A DNA stretch of 63,458 nucleotides, counting the filler, from Trichomonas gallinae (Eukaryota), in NCBI GenBank assembly GCA_008369845.1. It is 6 parts of 6 records of this genome, joined end to end, with 100 filler letters (N's around TTAATTAATTAA, not from the genome) between each part and the next. Parts side by side here need not be neighbours in the genome. Positions count along the whole stretch, not along the records: positions 1 to 17,459 come from MRSU01000318.1; positions 17,560 to 25,485 come from MRSU01000330.1; 4 more parts are not named here. One strand, written 5' to 3'. Positions 10,110 to 22,500 of this stretch are shown here, piece by piece. The position numbers were made by a program, and so were the translations under genes. The notes beneath the pieces are model-generated. The model did no database searches. It saw only the letters and a program-made list of their open reading frames with translations, and was not told the origin of the DNA. Position 1 is the stretch's first letter. Each line of letters opens with the position of its first letter.

Positions 10110-11486
10110 ATGACGGAAAACTTCTTGGATTCTAGATTCGGCAGTGAGTCCATCAGACTTGTTGCGGAGCAAAATGTGTTCCCTGAGAACCAGATGCGTG
10201 ATGATGTTGCTTATCAAATGATCCATGATGAGCTCTATTTGGATGGAAATGCGAGACAAAATCTTGCCACATTCTGTCAGACATGGGATGATAAGTATGT
10301 ACATAAACTTATGGACAAATCCATCAATAAAAACTGGATCGATAAGGAAGAATATCCACAGTCCTCTCAGTTCGACATGAGATGCATCAGAATGCTCGCC
10401 AATTTGTACCACGCACCAACACCAGCAGGCCAGGAAGCTGTTGGAACGAACACCATTGGTTCATCAGAAGCTTGCATGCTCGGAGGCATGTCAATGAAGT
10501 GGAGATGGCGCAAGAAGCGCATAGCTGAAGGAAAGTCATGCGATAAGCCAAACTTGGTCTGCGGACCCGTTCAAGTTTGCTGGCATAAATTCGCCAGGTA
10601 TTGGGATGTTGAGCTTAGAGAGCTTCCTATGGAGAAGGGAACATATTTCATGGATCCAAAGAGGATGATCGAGGCTTGCGATGAGAATACCATTGGTGTT
10701 GTCGTAACATTCGGTGTAACATACACAGGAAACTACGAATTTCCAAAAGAATTCAACGACGCATTAGATGAATTGCAGAAGACAAAGGGTTTGGACATTG
10801 ATATTCATGTCGATGCCGCTAGTGGAGGATTTTTGGCTCCATTCTGCGCACCAGAAATCGAATGGGACTTCAGACTCCCAAGAGTCAAATCTATCAATAC
10901 TTCTGGCCATAAATTCGGCCTTGCACCACTTGGCTGCGGCTGGATTATCTGGAGAGACCAGGCAGCTTTGCCAGAAGAGCTCGTTTTCAAGGTTGATTAC
11001 CTTGGAGGCCAGGTTGGAACCATCGCCATCAACTTCTCAAGACCAGCTGGTCAAGTTATCGCACAATATTACGAATTCATCAGATTGGGCATTGAAGGCT
11101 ACAGGAAAGTCCACACAGCTTCATACCAAGTTGCACAATTCCTCGCAAAAAGAATCGCTCCGCTTGGCCCATTCGAATTCATCTGTGAAGGTGATCCAAA
11201 GAAGGGAATTCCAGCTGTCACATTCAAGGTCAAGGATGGTGAGGACCCAGGATACACACTTTACGATCTTTCAGAGCGTTTAAGACTCCGTGGCTGGCAA
11301 GTTCCTGCTTTTGCTTTAGCAGACAACTGCTCCGACATTGTCGTCATCAGAATCATGTGTCGCAGAGGCTTCGAGATGGATTTCGCCGACCTCTTCATGA
11401 GAGACTTCGAAGGAGCCATTAATTACCTCAAATCAAATCCGTCAAGAACAGGTTTAGTCGATCAGAAGAGTTTCAACCACACATAA
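10110..11486 (+). CDS. GAD: Glutamate decarboxylase (PLP-dependent, bacterial GadA/GadB type)
   Basis: [43 protein letters not shown] (PLP lysine), RGWQVPAF and C-terminal SFNHT. Inr TCATTT at 10097 precedes ATG 10110. Confidence 0.97.
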   Translation: MTENFLDSRFGSESIRLVAEQNVFPENQMRDDVAYQMIHDELYLDGNARQNLATFCQTWDDKYVHKLMDKSINKNWIDKEEYPQSSQFDMRCIRMLANLYHAPTPAGQEAVGTNTIGSSEACMLGGMSMKWRWRKKRIAEGKSCDKPNLVCGPVQVCWHKFARYWDVELRELPMEKGTYFMDPKRMIEACDENTIGVVVTFGVTYTGNYEFPKEFNDALDELQKTKGLDIDIHVDAASGGFLAPFCAPEIEWDFRLPRVKSINTSGHKFGLAPLGCGWIIWRDQAALPEELVFKVDYLGGQVGTIAINFSRPAGQVIAQYYEFIRLGIEGYRKVHTASYQVAQFLAKRIAPLGPFEFICEGDPKKGIPAVTFKVKDGEDPGYTLYDLSERLRLRGWQVPAFALADNCSDIVVIRIMCRRGFEMDFADLFMRDFEGAINYLKSNPSRTGLVDQKSFNHT

Positions 11487-11672
11487 TCCTTATTTTAAGT
11501 CTATATATCTAAAATCTCTATTATTTTTTTCTTCAAGCTTTGATATTTTTATCTTCATAATATATATTTCATCAAACCCGAACATCCGCTTAATCAAATG
11601 TCTACTCGTACCCTAAACTATCAAAAATTAAAGATAGAAATGATTTTAAATGAATATATACAAAAAATAATA

Positions 11673-12227
11673 TTATAAAGCCATAACTTTGGCATACTTT
11701 GAGCGTACTTGAACTTTCTTCTTGCCTCCATAGTTGTTGGTAGTAACGCAAATACCAACGGTAGCCCATTGTGGAATCGCACCTGATGTGCGGTAATTTT
11801 CATTCTCTTTCTCGAGCTGCTCGTACTCCTTTTTCTGAGTTTCGATGAATTTTCGCGTAACTTTCTGAGTATATCTGTCGATTAAACCTTCAGGCTTTCT
11901 AAAAGTGTATGAAGATTTAGACGCACTTCTGTTATAAACAGGAAGTGTCTTATAATCTCTTTCCTTCGTTTTGTAATCATCAAATTTTGTTGGTTGAATG
12001 TGTGCCAATGAAGCCGGAACTACTTTCGTACCACTAACTGTGAAGTTTTGCGGTATCTTCGGTAAGCTCATCTCCCTCTTAACAGGTTCGTTATTATATG
12101 CTCTCGATCTTGATGTTTTAACAGGCAAAGACCTACTCGTGTTCACTGGCTGCGTGTAGCTGGTGTTATAAACATGCAGCTTTCTCACAACATCCAGGAA
12201 AATGTCGTCCGAATCTGAGTCTTCCAA
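11673..12227 (-). CDS. Hypothetical basic protein; start codon uncertain
   Basis: 184-codon ORF with coding-like composition that starts at TTG; the first in-frame ATG is at codon 53. C-terminal coiled-coil-like segment. Confidence 0.55.
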   Translation of the reverse strand: MEDSDSDDIFLDVVRKLHVYNTSYTQPVNTSRSLPVKTSRSRAYNNEPVKREMSLPKIPQNFTVSGTKVVPASLAHIQPTKFDDYKTKERDYKTLPVYNRSASKSSYTFRKPEGLIDRYTQKVTRKFIETQKKEYEQLEKENENYRTSGAIPQWATVGICVTTNNYGGKKKVQVRSKYAKVMAL

Positions 12228-12726
12228 AATTTTTTATTTTATTTGTAAATTATTCAAAATTAACATGATTAAAACGGTTTTCTTTTCAAAAAAATGAGCA
12301 AAACAAAAAATTGATTTTTTGAGCTAAATTCGATAAATTCGGAATGTGTAACTTGAAAAACAGATATTTTTCGATTCAGATATTTTTAAAATAACCGAAA
12401 TTTTATACAAAAATGATACTCTACATAAATCAAATATAAAATTTCCAATAAAAACGATTTTTGTCAATTTTTTGTGGCAAAAACGGATATTGTATATACA
12501 AAAAATTAAAAATAATTTAAAAATTGTTGATTTCTCTGTTAATTTTAGATTATTTTAAAAAATTACATAATAAGGTCTTTTAAATTTTAGATCTGTATCA
12601 TATATATTGCAAAATTATTTATTAATTTTTAAAAATATCAAATTTTGGTACAAATATTCTTGATAAAAACCTTCGATTGCTTATGATATAAAATGTAATA
12701 GCTATAAGAATCAATATATTGTTTAG

Positions 12727-13428
12727 ATGAGTCTCAAAATAATGACTGAAGGGATTAAAATCATTCCAGTCGGAAATGAGCCAGAATCTCTGCTAGAGTT
12801 GGCCCAGGAATATGGAGTAGACACATCAAAGGTAGAGTTTTCAATGGTTTTCTCGTTTGATGAAGAGATGTTACAATTTATTCCTAAACCAGTTAAAGCT
12901 ATTTTCTTTATATTCCCGATTGGACCGAAAGATGGATATATACAGAAGCGACACATGGATGACAAACCTCCAAGTGGAGTGATTCCATATTTCACACATC
13001 AAACAGTTACAGATTTATGCGGAACAATGGCAATGATTCACAATATGATGAACAACAGAGATATTCTACTGTTTAAAAAAGGCTCGTGGGCGGAAAGATT
13101 CTACGAAAAAACAAAATTAATGAATCCTGATGAGAGAGCTGAAGTAATTAGCAAAGATACAGAACTATTTGAACTTCACAACAAAGTTTCTACGAAATGC
13201 ACAACACCTTTACTCGCAGGAAAAACAGATACACATTTTGCTTGCTTCTTGGAACATGGTGGAAACATTTGGGAACTAGATGGAAGGAAGCCACAACCAA
13301 TCAATCACGGAAAGGCCGAAAATCTTCTAAAACAATTTGGTGAAATATTGACGAAAGAATTTCTTAATAATTTAGAAGGCAACGACAAACATAGAGTATC
13401 AATCGTCGCTATGTCTGTTAAACAATGA
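12727..13428 (+). CDS. UCH: Ubiquitin C-terminal hydrolase (peptidase C12, UCH-L3-like)
   Basis: PKPVKAIFFIFP, QTVTDLCGT (catalytic Cys), HFACF (His) and WELDGRK (Asp). Confidence 0.93.
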   Translation: MSLKIMTEGIKIIPVGNEPESLLELAQEYGVDTSKVEFSMVFSFDEEMLQFIPKPVKAIFFIFPIGPKDGYIQKRHMDDKPPSGVIPYFTHQTVTDLCGTMAMIHNMMNNRDILLFKKGSWAERFYEKTKLMNPDERAEVISKDTELFELHNKVSTKCTTPLLAGKTDTHFACFLEHGGNIWELDGRKPQPINHGKAENLLKQFGEILTKEFLNNLEGNDKHRVSIVAMSVKQ

Positions 13429-13809
13429 AAAAGTACTCAAAATTTTAGTTCATTTCAAAAACATATTATTTCTCTTCGAATTATGATTAATTCTTCATTC
13501 ATTATATATCCATACATACAAATATTACAGATGATAATACATATTATTACAAAATTCAGAATACTGATTCTCAAAACGAAAATTTAATCTTTTCTAACAC
13601 TTTGCAAGCGCAACAGCGCATGAAAAACATCAGAAAAGCTAATCATCTAATGCATGATTATTATCATTTCAGAATTAGAAAAACTATATCAAATTGAAGG
13701 ACCTTCTCAATGATGATCTTCCTGGAAAAATGCATAATCATCAATAACTTCTAAATATTAATGAAAAATAACATTTCCATCAGTTTTGCAATTCTTGAAA
13801 ACATAATTG

Positions 13810-15485
13810 TTAATCATTGTTAACTCCTGAAAAAATATTAGTACCTGAAAAACTTCCGATACCTATTGATTTCACATTTTTTCCAAATGAAATGTTGTTA
13901 ATGCGACAATCAAAGAATGCATATGATCCAATACTAACATATGAATCAGGGATGATTATATCATCAAATAATGAGCATGCGAAAGAATATGATCCTATCG
14001 ATTCAACATTATCACGTAATTCTATAGGATGTTCAGACTTTCGTGAGCATCTCAAGTTAGAAGTGTGCTAGATTCGATCTGAACACTGATATAGATAGCC
14101 CACAACAACAGACTGAACATCATATATTATTGAGTCTTGAATCGCATCCTATTATAAAACCCCTCCACTCTAAAAATACGGGAAAAAACCATATTTGAAT
14201 GTGATTCAAAAACTAATAGTCTAGGATGTTCGGTGTCAGTCAATAGGCTATCTATATCTGTTTTCATATCGAATCTAGCACACCTCTAACTTGAAATGCT
14301 CACACTTAACATTATAAGATGGAAAATCTACAATCTGCAAATGCATAATCTGGAATGTATTTGAAGGATTTTGGAAAATTAAATTCTCCAGCGTAAGGTA
14401 TAGAACGAAAGAATGCTCTTTTTCCGATATAGGCTAGTGAATCAGGTAATGGAGTATGTGAAAAAGCTAGATAACAATTTTCAAATGCTGAATCACCTAT
14501 ATATTCAAGTTTTGGTGGAAATGAATTAATTGGAAAATTACATCCTACGAAAGCACTATTTCCAATTCTAACACATTTTTCAGACAAAATAACATCACGC
14601 AAATAATAGAAAGTTCCTTTTTTTTATTATTGTTAATTGAGAGGGATTTAATTTAAATTTTAAATTTTGATCATTTTCTCGAGTATCATAATGTCAATAA
14701 ATATTTAAAAATGAACCAAGATATACACAATATGCAAATGCAGATACTCTAATAGATGATATATCGTCGTTTAGTTTGATTGATTTCAGTTTGAGACATG
14801 ATTTGAATGCAAAGTCACCAATTTCACGAACATTCAACATTGATGAAATATTTGTCAAATTTTAGCACTGGCAAAAGCAATAATTACCAATTGATGTGAC
14901 ATTAGTCAAACTTTGGCAGTTATTGAAGAGAAATTTGCCAAGTGTCTTGATAGAATGAGGAATGTTTAAAACGCCGAGGTTGACACATTTAGAAAATGTT
15001 ACGTCGCCAATAATTTGAAGTGTTTCAGGAAGACTGTTTCCTTCGATCCGCAAGTCGCTGCATCCAGAAAACACACTCTTCCCGATGTTGACAAGATGAC
15101 TTGGGAGAGACATATTCCCAATGTTTGCATCAAAGTAAAATGAGTTGCTTCCAATTGTTTCCACTTCGTCGTGGAATTCTATATCAGACAACGATTTGCA
15201 GTATGCGAATGTGTATTCTTCTTCATTTTCGATAACATTCTTTGGAATTTTGATCAATTTTAGTTTTGAACAGTCAGAAAATGTCCTGCTTCCAATCTTC
15301 GATACTGTTTCAGGTAGTGTCACATCAACTAGGTTAGAGCAGTTAAAGAATTCATATGCTTCGATGAAGTAACAATTTATTAACTCTAATTTTACAAAAA
15401 TCGAATAATTTGCGAATTGAAAAAACAAAACATTCCCATCTATTGTGGATGAACCAGCCTCACTATTCTCTACTACATTGGCCAA
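13810..15485 (-). pseudogene. Fragmented BspA-like (TpLRR/LRR_5) surface-protein gene
   Basis: Three separate ORF pieces (14862-15485, 14312-14602, 13810-14055) carry TpLRR repeats such as LPETVSKIGSRTFSDCSKL, LEYIGDSAFENC and VESIGSYSFACS, separated by stops and frameshifts. Confidence 0.85.
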
Positions 15486-15756
15486 TTATTGGTCCTAAAA
15501 CACGCTTTTATTATGCTTCATCAAATCAAATAAAATTCAGAAGTTCGTGAAACGCATCGAAATATTGAATTCAAACCTTAAACACATAATAAATAAAACC
15601 ACGAATATATTCTATATAACATATATTTATCCATTTTTATAAACAAATCAATTTTTTTGACAAAATTATTATTTTATCGATTTTTTTAAGATACAAAAAA
15701 ACGTTTACTAAAATTATACTCTATATATAACAAAACATATAAAAACAATTTATTTC

Positions 15757-17223
15757 TCACTGGCTCGACATTTCATCAATCATCTGTTGAAGCGAAGTGA
15801 CTTTATCAATAATATTAGAATCTGCATCATCCTGCAGGTCCTCAACACGATCAGAGAAATCGCTGGTCTGTATCAATGTCGCAAACTGCTCCGAATTTCC
15901 TGTACTTTGTGCAGCAAGCGCAATTCTCTGCAAGGCTTCAATGCATCTACCGACAACATTAGTAATGCCACAGCCAAGCATTTCTACCATCAAATCTATT
16001 ATAATTTGTCTCATGAATAATAAATCAACGTCAGTTCCAGCTACAATGACAACAGTGCACACGAAATATGTCACTTCCTGCTTAAACTCGGACGATGAGC
16101 TGTCTGTCATCTGTACAACTTGAAGAATCATCTCCATTGTTAAAATCGGAAGAATTTGGCTCGGAATGCTATCGAGGAGGTTGGAGAGAATCCAGAGAGC
16201 ATACGGGGCGTCTTCTTCTTCGTTCAAAAGGCTGAATAATATATCGGTTAATCCAAGACTCAAGAATTTTCGAGCTTGAACTGGCTGAGAGACAGTCAAG
16301 TTGCCACATAAGGCCAGTGAAACAGCTCTGAGTTCTGGAACTTGGATTGATTGGACAACAAGAGGAAATAAACCTAATTCGTAGATTGCGTAAACTGTCT
16401 CTGTTACTTTGTTCGTCATATCGATGAATATCGTAAAAATAGACTTTATCAGCATTGGCTGAGCATTTTCGAGCAGATGTACTAATGATTGCAGACAATC
16501 ATGGATAATATCGGTAGAAAGAGGATGTGAGCCACCAAATATAATGCATAAACACTTTCCGGCGGCTTCTTTTACATCATCGTTCGATGTATTTTGAATT
16601 TTATCAATCAAAGCGGTGTGAATGCCGAAACAGAAGATTGCATCACGCGCATAAACAGATGAGGCTGCAATGGATCCAATCAGAGCAATTTGAGGGATTG
16701 TTAATTCAGATTCATCAGCCAGGAGAAAAGATGACATGTTAGGAATCACATCTGAGTCAACCAGGACTTTGTTTAGCTTACTCTGCTGGAAAAAGATCGA
16801 TGTGACCTGGTAAAGAGACAATGATGTTGTTACATTAAACTCGGAATTAAATAAGTTACAAAAGTTAACGATAACATTTTCATTTGAGACTATTCTTGAT
16901 ACATTTTTGACATTGCTCTGTGCATATAATATGAAATTATTTAAAAACGTGCAGATTTGATTTTCGTTATCCGATTGAAGGGCTTCGATAGCGTAATCAG
17001 GCTGCATAAGAGCGAGGTCTTGGTCTGTATTTAGAATTTTTGGCTTCGGCACAGATAAATCCCTTTTTAGAAGGGTATTCATCGTGTTGAATGATTCTCT
17101 TCGAATTTTGAGCGTCAGTGAGTTTCTTTCCTTGGATAATTGATTGTAATATCCTGTGATAGTCGCTCCGGACTTCCCAAAGTGCCCGCACTCCCCGAGG
17201 TCCGAGAGATTATCAAAACTCAT
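15757..17223 (-). CDS. Importin-alpha-like armadillo-repeat protein (divergent)
   Basis: IBB-like ERNSLTLKIRRE near the N-terminus; ARM-like helices ALIGSIAASS, ALCGNLT, ALWILSNL and FKQEVTYFVC; about 490 aa. Confidence 0.7.
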   Translation of the reverse strand: MSFDNLSDLGECGHFGKSGATITGYYNQLSKERNSLTLKIRRESFNTMNTLLKRDLSVPKPKILNTDQDLALMQPDYAIEALQSDNENQICTFLNNFILYAQSNVKNVSRIVSNENVIVNFCNLFNSEFNVTTSLSLYQVTSIFFQQSKLNKVLVDSDVIPNMSSFLLADESELTIPQIALIGSIAASSVYARDAIFCFGIHTALIDKIQNTSNDDVKEAAGKCLCIIFGGSHPLSTDIIHDCLQSLVHLLENAQPMLIKSIFTIFIDMTNKVTETVYAIYELGLFPLVVQSIQVPELRAVSLALCGNLTVSQPVQARKFLSLGLTDILFSLLNEEEDAPYALWILSNLLDSIPSQILPILTMEMILQVVQMTDSSSSEFKQEVTYFVCTVVIVAGTDVDLLFMRQIIIDLMVEMLGCGITNVVGRCIEALQRIALAAQSTGNSEQFATLIQTSDFSDRVEDLQDDADSNIIDKVTSLQQMIDEMSSQ

Positions 17224-17459
17224 GGATATATAGACTAAAACTCTGTTTTTTAATCGTCGTCCACTTTTTTTAACATTTTATCGTCATGGCCTTCTATTTT
17301 TGTCTATTTAAAAAGAGATTAGGATATATATAGTTTGCTTAATACTAAAAAGGAATTTGTGGGTTCAAAATATTTTCCATTTACCGTATATGAATTTGAG
17401 GGTCATAAGTGAATCTGACGGTCATCTCTCAATTTTAGTTTACAAAATAATGGTACCAC

Positions 17460-17559
17460 NNNNNNNNNNNNNNNNNNNNNNNNNNNNNNNNNNNNNNNNN
17501 NNNTTAATTAATTAANNNNNNNNNNNNNNNNNNNNNNNNNNNNNNNNNNNNNNNNNNNN
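17460..17559. other. Artificial contig linker (N44-TTAATTAATTAA-N44)
   Basis: A 12-mer giving stops in all six frames, flanked by Ns; an identical 100-nt block recurs five times. Confidence 0.98.
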
Positions 17560-17659
17560 TACCGAGAACACGTGCGCGTTCGTATTTTGTGAGGTATGGT
17601 GTTGTAATGCGTGGTCTGAGATTTAAATCTGATGGCTGAATTTCCTCTTGATCACTCAT
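17560..17659 (-). CDS. RPB6: RNA polymerase I/II/III shared subunit RPB6, 5' fragment (cut by gap)
   Basis: RITTPYLTKYERARVLG is the RPB6 signature. Confidence 0.9.
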
Positions 17660-18169
17660 ATGAAAATTTTTTGTTCTATCGTCGTGATTTTTTGCAGACA
17701 AATTCATGATTTGATATGATATATAGAATTAATATGTCATGATCCATCTATACTCAAAATACTAGACACCAAATCTAAATATTCATAATTTTTGTCAATG
17801 AATCTATATTTGAATAGTTTACATGGCATAATTTATTCCTCATATTGTGATAAATGGAATTAAAGATTCAACTGGTTAGCCGCTAGAAAATATAGCTTTT
17901 ATTAATGTTGTAGTATAAAATGAGGGAAATGAGGTGTTTCTGGGTTCTTTATATAGTTTTAAAAGATATTTAGTGCTAAATGATTTAGATTTGCAAAATT
18001 TAAAAAGGGTCATTCAATATTTAACGAGGGTCTTCAAAAAGTGCCATGAACGATAACAAAAGTGACACCACATCAAAATTAATTAAAACTTTTGCGATTT
18101 AGTTATGAAAATAGATGTTGTATTTATTGATTACGAAATTAATCAAAAATTATAATATTTAAAATCAAA

Positions 18170-19213
18170 ATGCAAAAATCTTCTTTGTTTTCGTTGATGG
18201 AACTGATTCCAAATGTTGATTCTTCTCCATTTTGGTCAATTTTAGCTAGAATAAGCGAATCCAATGCTCGATGGCCTGAAGAAATAAGTTTAAATTCAAA
18301 ATTAAAAATTATTCAAGCAATAAAATGGTTTAATGGTAATGGATATGATAGTTCAAAAGCTCTTATAATACTTAACTTTTATGAAAGAGCTGCAATGGAA
18401 TCTTGTTTAGATTCATTTTTATCAGATAAAAATTTTCAGCATGAAACTAAGGATTTCTTCAACTCATCGATTCAAAATGACGACATGAAAGATATATCTA
18501 AAAGTATTTTCACAACTTTAACGCAAAAATCTCAAGAAATTACAAAAATCATCGAAAATCTCAACGTCGCAATCGAGTCACCGAGAAGTAAACTATGGGG
18601 ATCAATGAATATTAACACACAACGAACATTTGCTCCGCATTCATCGGTTGCAATTTTTATTCCAGAAATTTTAGAAAATATTGATCAAATGAAAGATGTA
18701 TGTACGTCTCCATGTGCTTTCTCTGAAGAAATTAGCTCAATTCAAATCAATTTCAATGAACAACCAAATCTCGATTCAATTTCTCAAAATCATGAAAAAT
18801 CAAATGAAATTGAAGTGATTTGTTTGAAGTCAGTCCAATATTTTGATGTTCCAGTAGCAGTGGCTGATGTGGGTATTGAATTCATAAATGAAGAAATTTT
18901 TCATTGTTTGCAATTATATAATGAATTTCTCAATAATCTAATGAATCAACTCATCGAGCAGATTCAGAATTTACAATTAAAATATACAATTCCTGAAATA
19001 TCTGATTGTTATTATGATTCACATATAAGATTATTAAAAACCGAGTTAGATCGCATTTATACAAAGCTGTGTGAGTGCCGGAATGACCTTATTCAATTAG
19101 AAATTGCCCATATTGAAAAATTTCGAATTTTACAACAAAAATTTGAAAAACATTGGGAAGTCATGGCATTCAATGAAATAAGTTCTAACACCAATATAGA
19201 ACAATATGCCTGA
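18170..19213 (+). CDS. Hypothetical helical/coiled-coil protein
   Basis: 347-aa ORF with no motif confidently recognised. Coding-like sequence continues in another frame after the TGA (EHDDLEIQKLQ), so a 3' frameshift is possible. Confidence 0.6.
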   Translation: MQKSSLFSLMELIPNVDSSPFWSILARISESNARWPEEISLNSKLKIIQAIKWFNGNGYDSSKALIILNFYERAAMESCLDSFLSDKNFQHETKDFFNSSIQNDDMKDISKSIFTTLTQKSQEITKIIENLNVAIESPRSKLWGSMNINTQRTFAPHSSVAIFIPEILENIDQMKDVCTSPCAFSEEISSIQINFNEQPNLDSISQNHEKSNEIEVICLKSVQYFDVPVAVADVGIEFINEEIFHCLQLYNEFLNNLMNQLIEQIQNLQLKYTIPEISDCYYDSHIRLLKTELDRIYTKLCECRNDLIQLEIAHIEKFRILQQKFEKHWEVMAFNEISSNTNIEQYA

Positions 19214-19541
19214 GCATGATGATCTTGAAATTCAAAAATTGCAAAATAATTCAAATTTGATGTGATATCAATATTGTTTGCACGATAAAAATAAAGATTT
19301 TATATAACACGTTTTATTTATGAAATATTTTGACTCAGAAGAAAATGTTAAAAAAAAGATTTTCAATTTGTGCTTTTTATCTATTATATTGAAATGGTGA
19401 TCATTTATTGTTGAGTATAGCAAAATTATATAATTATTTAGTGATAAAATTGTTAATTTATTTTTTACAATTTTGAATTATTGGCATGAACGCAATTTTA
19501 CAATATAAATAAAATGTTTGGCCGTATTCTATTGATTTGTC

Positions 19542-22500
19542 ATGAAAAATATAATCAGTAATTATCAAAGCTTGATGACGGAACACACAAACCAGTACAT
19601 AAGTTCTGTCATTGCCGCAGTGAAGAAAGTGGCTAACATGTCGTCATCAGCTTGCATATTTTGCTCATCAATTATGCTTCTTTCGAATCAAATAGAAAAT
19701 TTTTTAACTGATTATCAAAAAATTTTCGAAAAAAATATCAATTCGATACAAGCTCAGTATAATAGGCAGCTACAAGAGTTCCTTCTTCATTATTGCACTG
19801 TTTTAGGACATCTCACATCGGAAAAGTGGATTCAGCCGGCGTTAAATTGGCCAACAGACTACGTATTCAAGTACATTGATGGTATGAGAAAAAGTTTGAC
19901 CGCTCTTTCAAAGCATTTAAACGTTTCTTCGCAAAGTTTAGAAGCAAATTCCGAACAAATCGAAGTCAACAAGTTTAACGACCTTAAAGATATGAAAGCA
20001 TCTCTTGAAAGATTGATGTCTCAAATAACATTTAATGATGTTTCCGGTTTACAAAATCAAATCAATAATAAATTACGCGAAATAGATCAATTAATCATGA
20101 ATTCTAAAGTCGAACACTCATTGGCAAGTATACAGCAACAAAATAAGACTCAGGAAATGAAACCAAAAGATATATCAGATTTATTAGTAAGATTTAAGTC
20201 AATTAACATTCCAATCAATGATCTACAGATAGAAGACCAAATTGGTGCAGGAGGATTCGGCAAAGTTTACAGAGCAACACGTTTGTCAACAAGCGAAATT
20301 GTAGCAGTCAAAGAGCTTAGACCAGACAAAATTTCAACGAATGCGTGGTCATCTCTTTACGCTGAAGTCGAAACAATGGCATCCGTGCATCACAAAAACG
20401 TTGTTGAACTTGTTGGTGCTCATATAAACCAGCCGTACAGAATCATTACAAGATTCTGCTCAGGATTAAGTCTTTTCGATAGGATACACAGACCGAGCAA
20501 AGACATGAAGCCGCTGACAAGCACAGAGCTAACTATCATAGCGCAGCAAGTCGCCAAAGGCATGGCATATCTTCACAAATTCGGAATAGTCCACAGGGAC
20601 TTGAAAACGCTCAACATTCTTCTCTATGGAGACAACACGGCCTGTGTCGCTGACTTCGGCCTGTCCAGTATGGTCAAAGAGAACCAAGAGCTCTACGGTG
20701 GCGTTGGCACACCGCACTACACGGCGCCGGAAGTTCTCATGCACATGAAGTATGGGCCGAAGGTCGACACCTACTCATACGGTGTGGTTCTGTGGGAGAT
20801 GCTTACTCGGAAGCTTCCATTCGGAGACATGAACCACATGGCTATATATGAACACGTCGTCACACGAGGCTGGCGCCTGACAATTCCACCAGAAACACCG
20901 GAAGGACTGAAGAAGCTGATCACAAGATGCTGGAGCAGAGATCCGAACGAGAGGCCGGACTTCACTGAGATAGAGAGATTGTTTGAGCGCCAAGAAATTT
21001 ACTTCCCAGGCGCAGAACTGTCGAGGGTCAAAAACGCTCAGCTCGAACAAGTCGCCCCGCCGATGAACATCGAATACGCACTGAAAGTCCTGAAGAACGC
21101 CAACGATGAGCACTTTTCAGGTGTCGCGTACTTCATTGCGGAGAATGCAGACCAGTTTGTTATCTCTAAGCTGAGAGAGCAGGAAGTTTTCAACTCTATC
21201 ATGACAGCGAAGAAGAACATTGACGCAGCACTGCTTCTTGCAGGAACGCTGTTCACGCCAACAGAGTTGTACACATTCATGACACACGGCGCAAAAGCAA
21301 TGCTTACCAAATGCATCCAATCACAGCAGCTGATTGCAGCAGTCAGATTCTGCTTGAAGCTGCCTCTGAACATGCTCGATGAGATCAAGGATGTCTTCAT
21401 CCCTCAGTTTGTTAGTTTCATCAAGTCCAGCAACATGCACTTAAAGTGTTACATCCTTCAGCTGATTTCTCGCGTAGCAAATCTTCAACCGTATTTAAGC
21501 GACATCTCGACGACAATCCTCGACATGTGCAAATCAGTCAACGACCAGCCGACATTTGATGCAATCGAAAAACTGCTCGCACACTGCAAGCCTGTCATGA
21601 CCATCTCGCAATACAGACCTTTTTACGAGATGCTGACCCTCGGATTTGTTGTCTCCCCTGATTTTGTCAAGATTTTGATCGATGCGAAAGATGAGGCATA
21701 TTACCATCACTTGATCTTGAATTGTCTCAAAGCTCTTTCGAAGAGTGACATCACTGATGTATTCGTGTCTTTCGTCATCAAACTTAAAATGGAGGTCTTC
21801 GAAAGGCTGAAAGAATTCGACGATCTTCTCCCGACGATTGACTCGCTCATCTCTTTTTACAGACTCACCTCAGCTCCTCTGATCATGTTGTTCCAGATTG
21901 CGCAGATACACGACTTCGCGCTTCTCCTCGCGGACTCTCCTGTCCTGTTCTCTTTGTTGCAGATGAAAGGGAACGAGAAGCAGATCCTTCACATCCTCAC
22001 GTTTCTGTGCGCGGATGAAAAATTCTGCTCGCAGACGAAATACATGGACAACATCCTCCAGATTATCGTCGACCTCATCTCTAGGAAGGAGATTGTCAAC
22101 GAAGCAGTTCGTGTCATCGCTGCTCTTTCACAGCACCACACTGGGTGCCATGTTTTGACAGAAAACGGAATTCTCGACATCTTCTCGCAGCTCTTCCTGG
22201 CGCCGCAGTTCGCTGACACTTCACGCGCGCTCGCAATTTTCAGGAATCTCGCTGAGAACAGAGCTGTAGTCCCTCAACTGTCTCTAATCGTCAGCTGTCT
22301 GATGCAGGACTTGACAGATTCTCCCATAGATCAGAAGGCTGAGATCATGCAGACGATTATCGCACTGACGAACATGCGCCCAGAGAGTGTGCAAGAGCAC
22401 GACATCCAGAACGTCATTCTCGAGCAGACTACTAGGACTTCTCCTCCACTGATGGTTCTGCTGTCCCTCAGGCTTCTCAACACATGCAGTTCGTCGCTCC

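Noticed and set aside
17451..17459. TGGTACCAC at a contig end, possibly the 3' end of a minus-strand tRNA
   Set aside because: Only 9 nt before the gap; unsupported.
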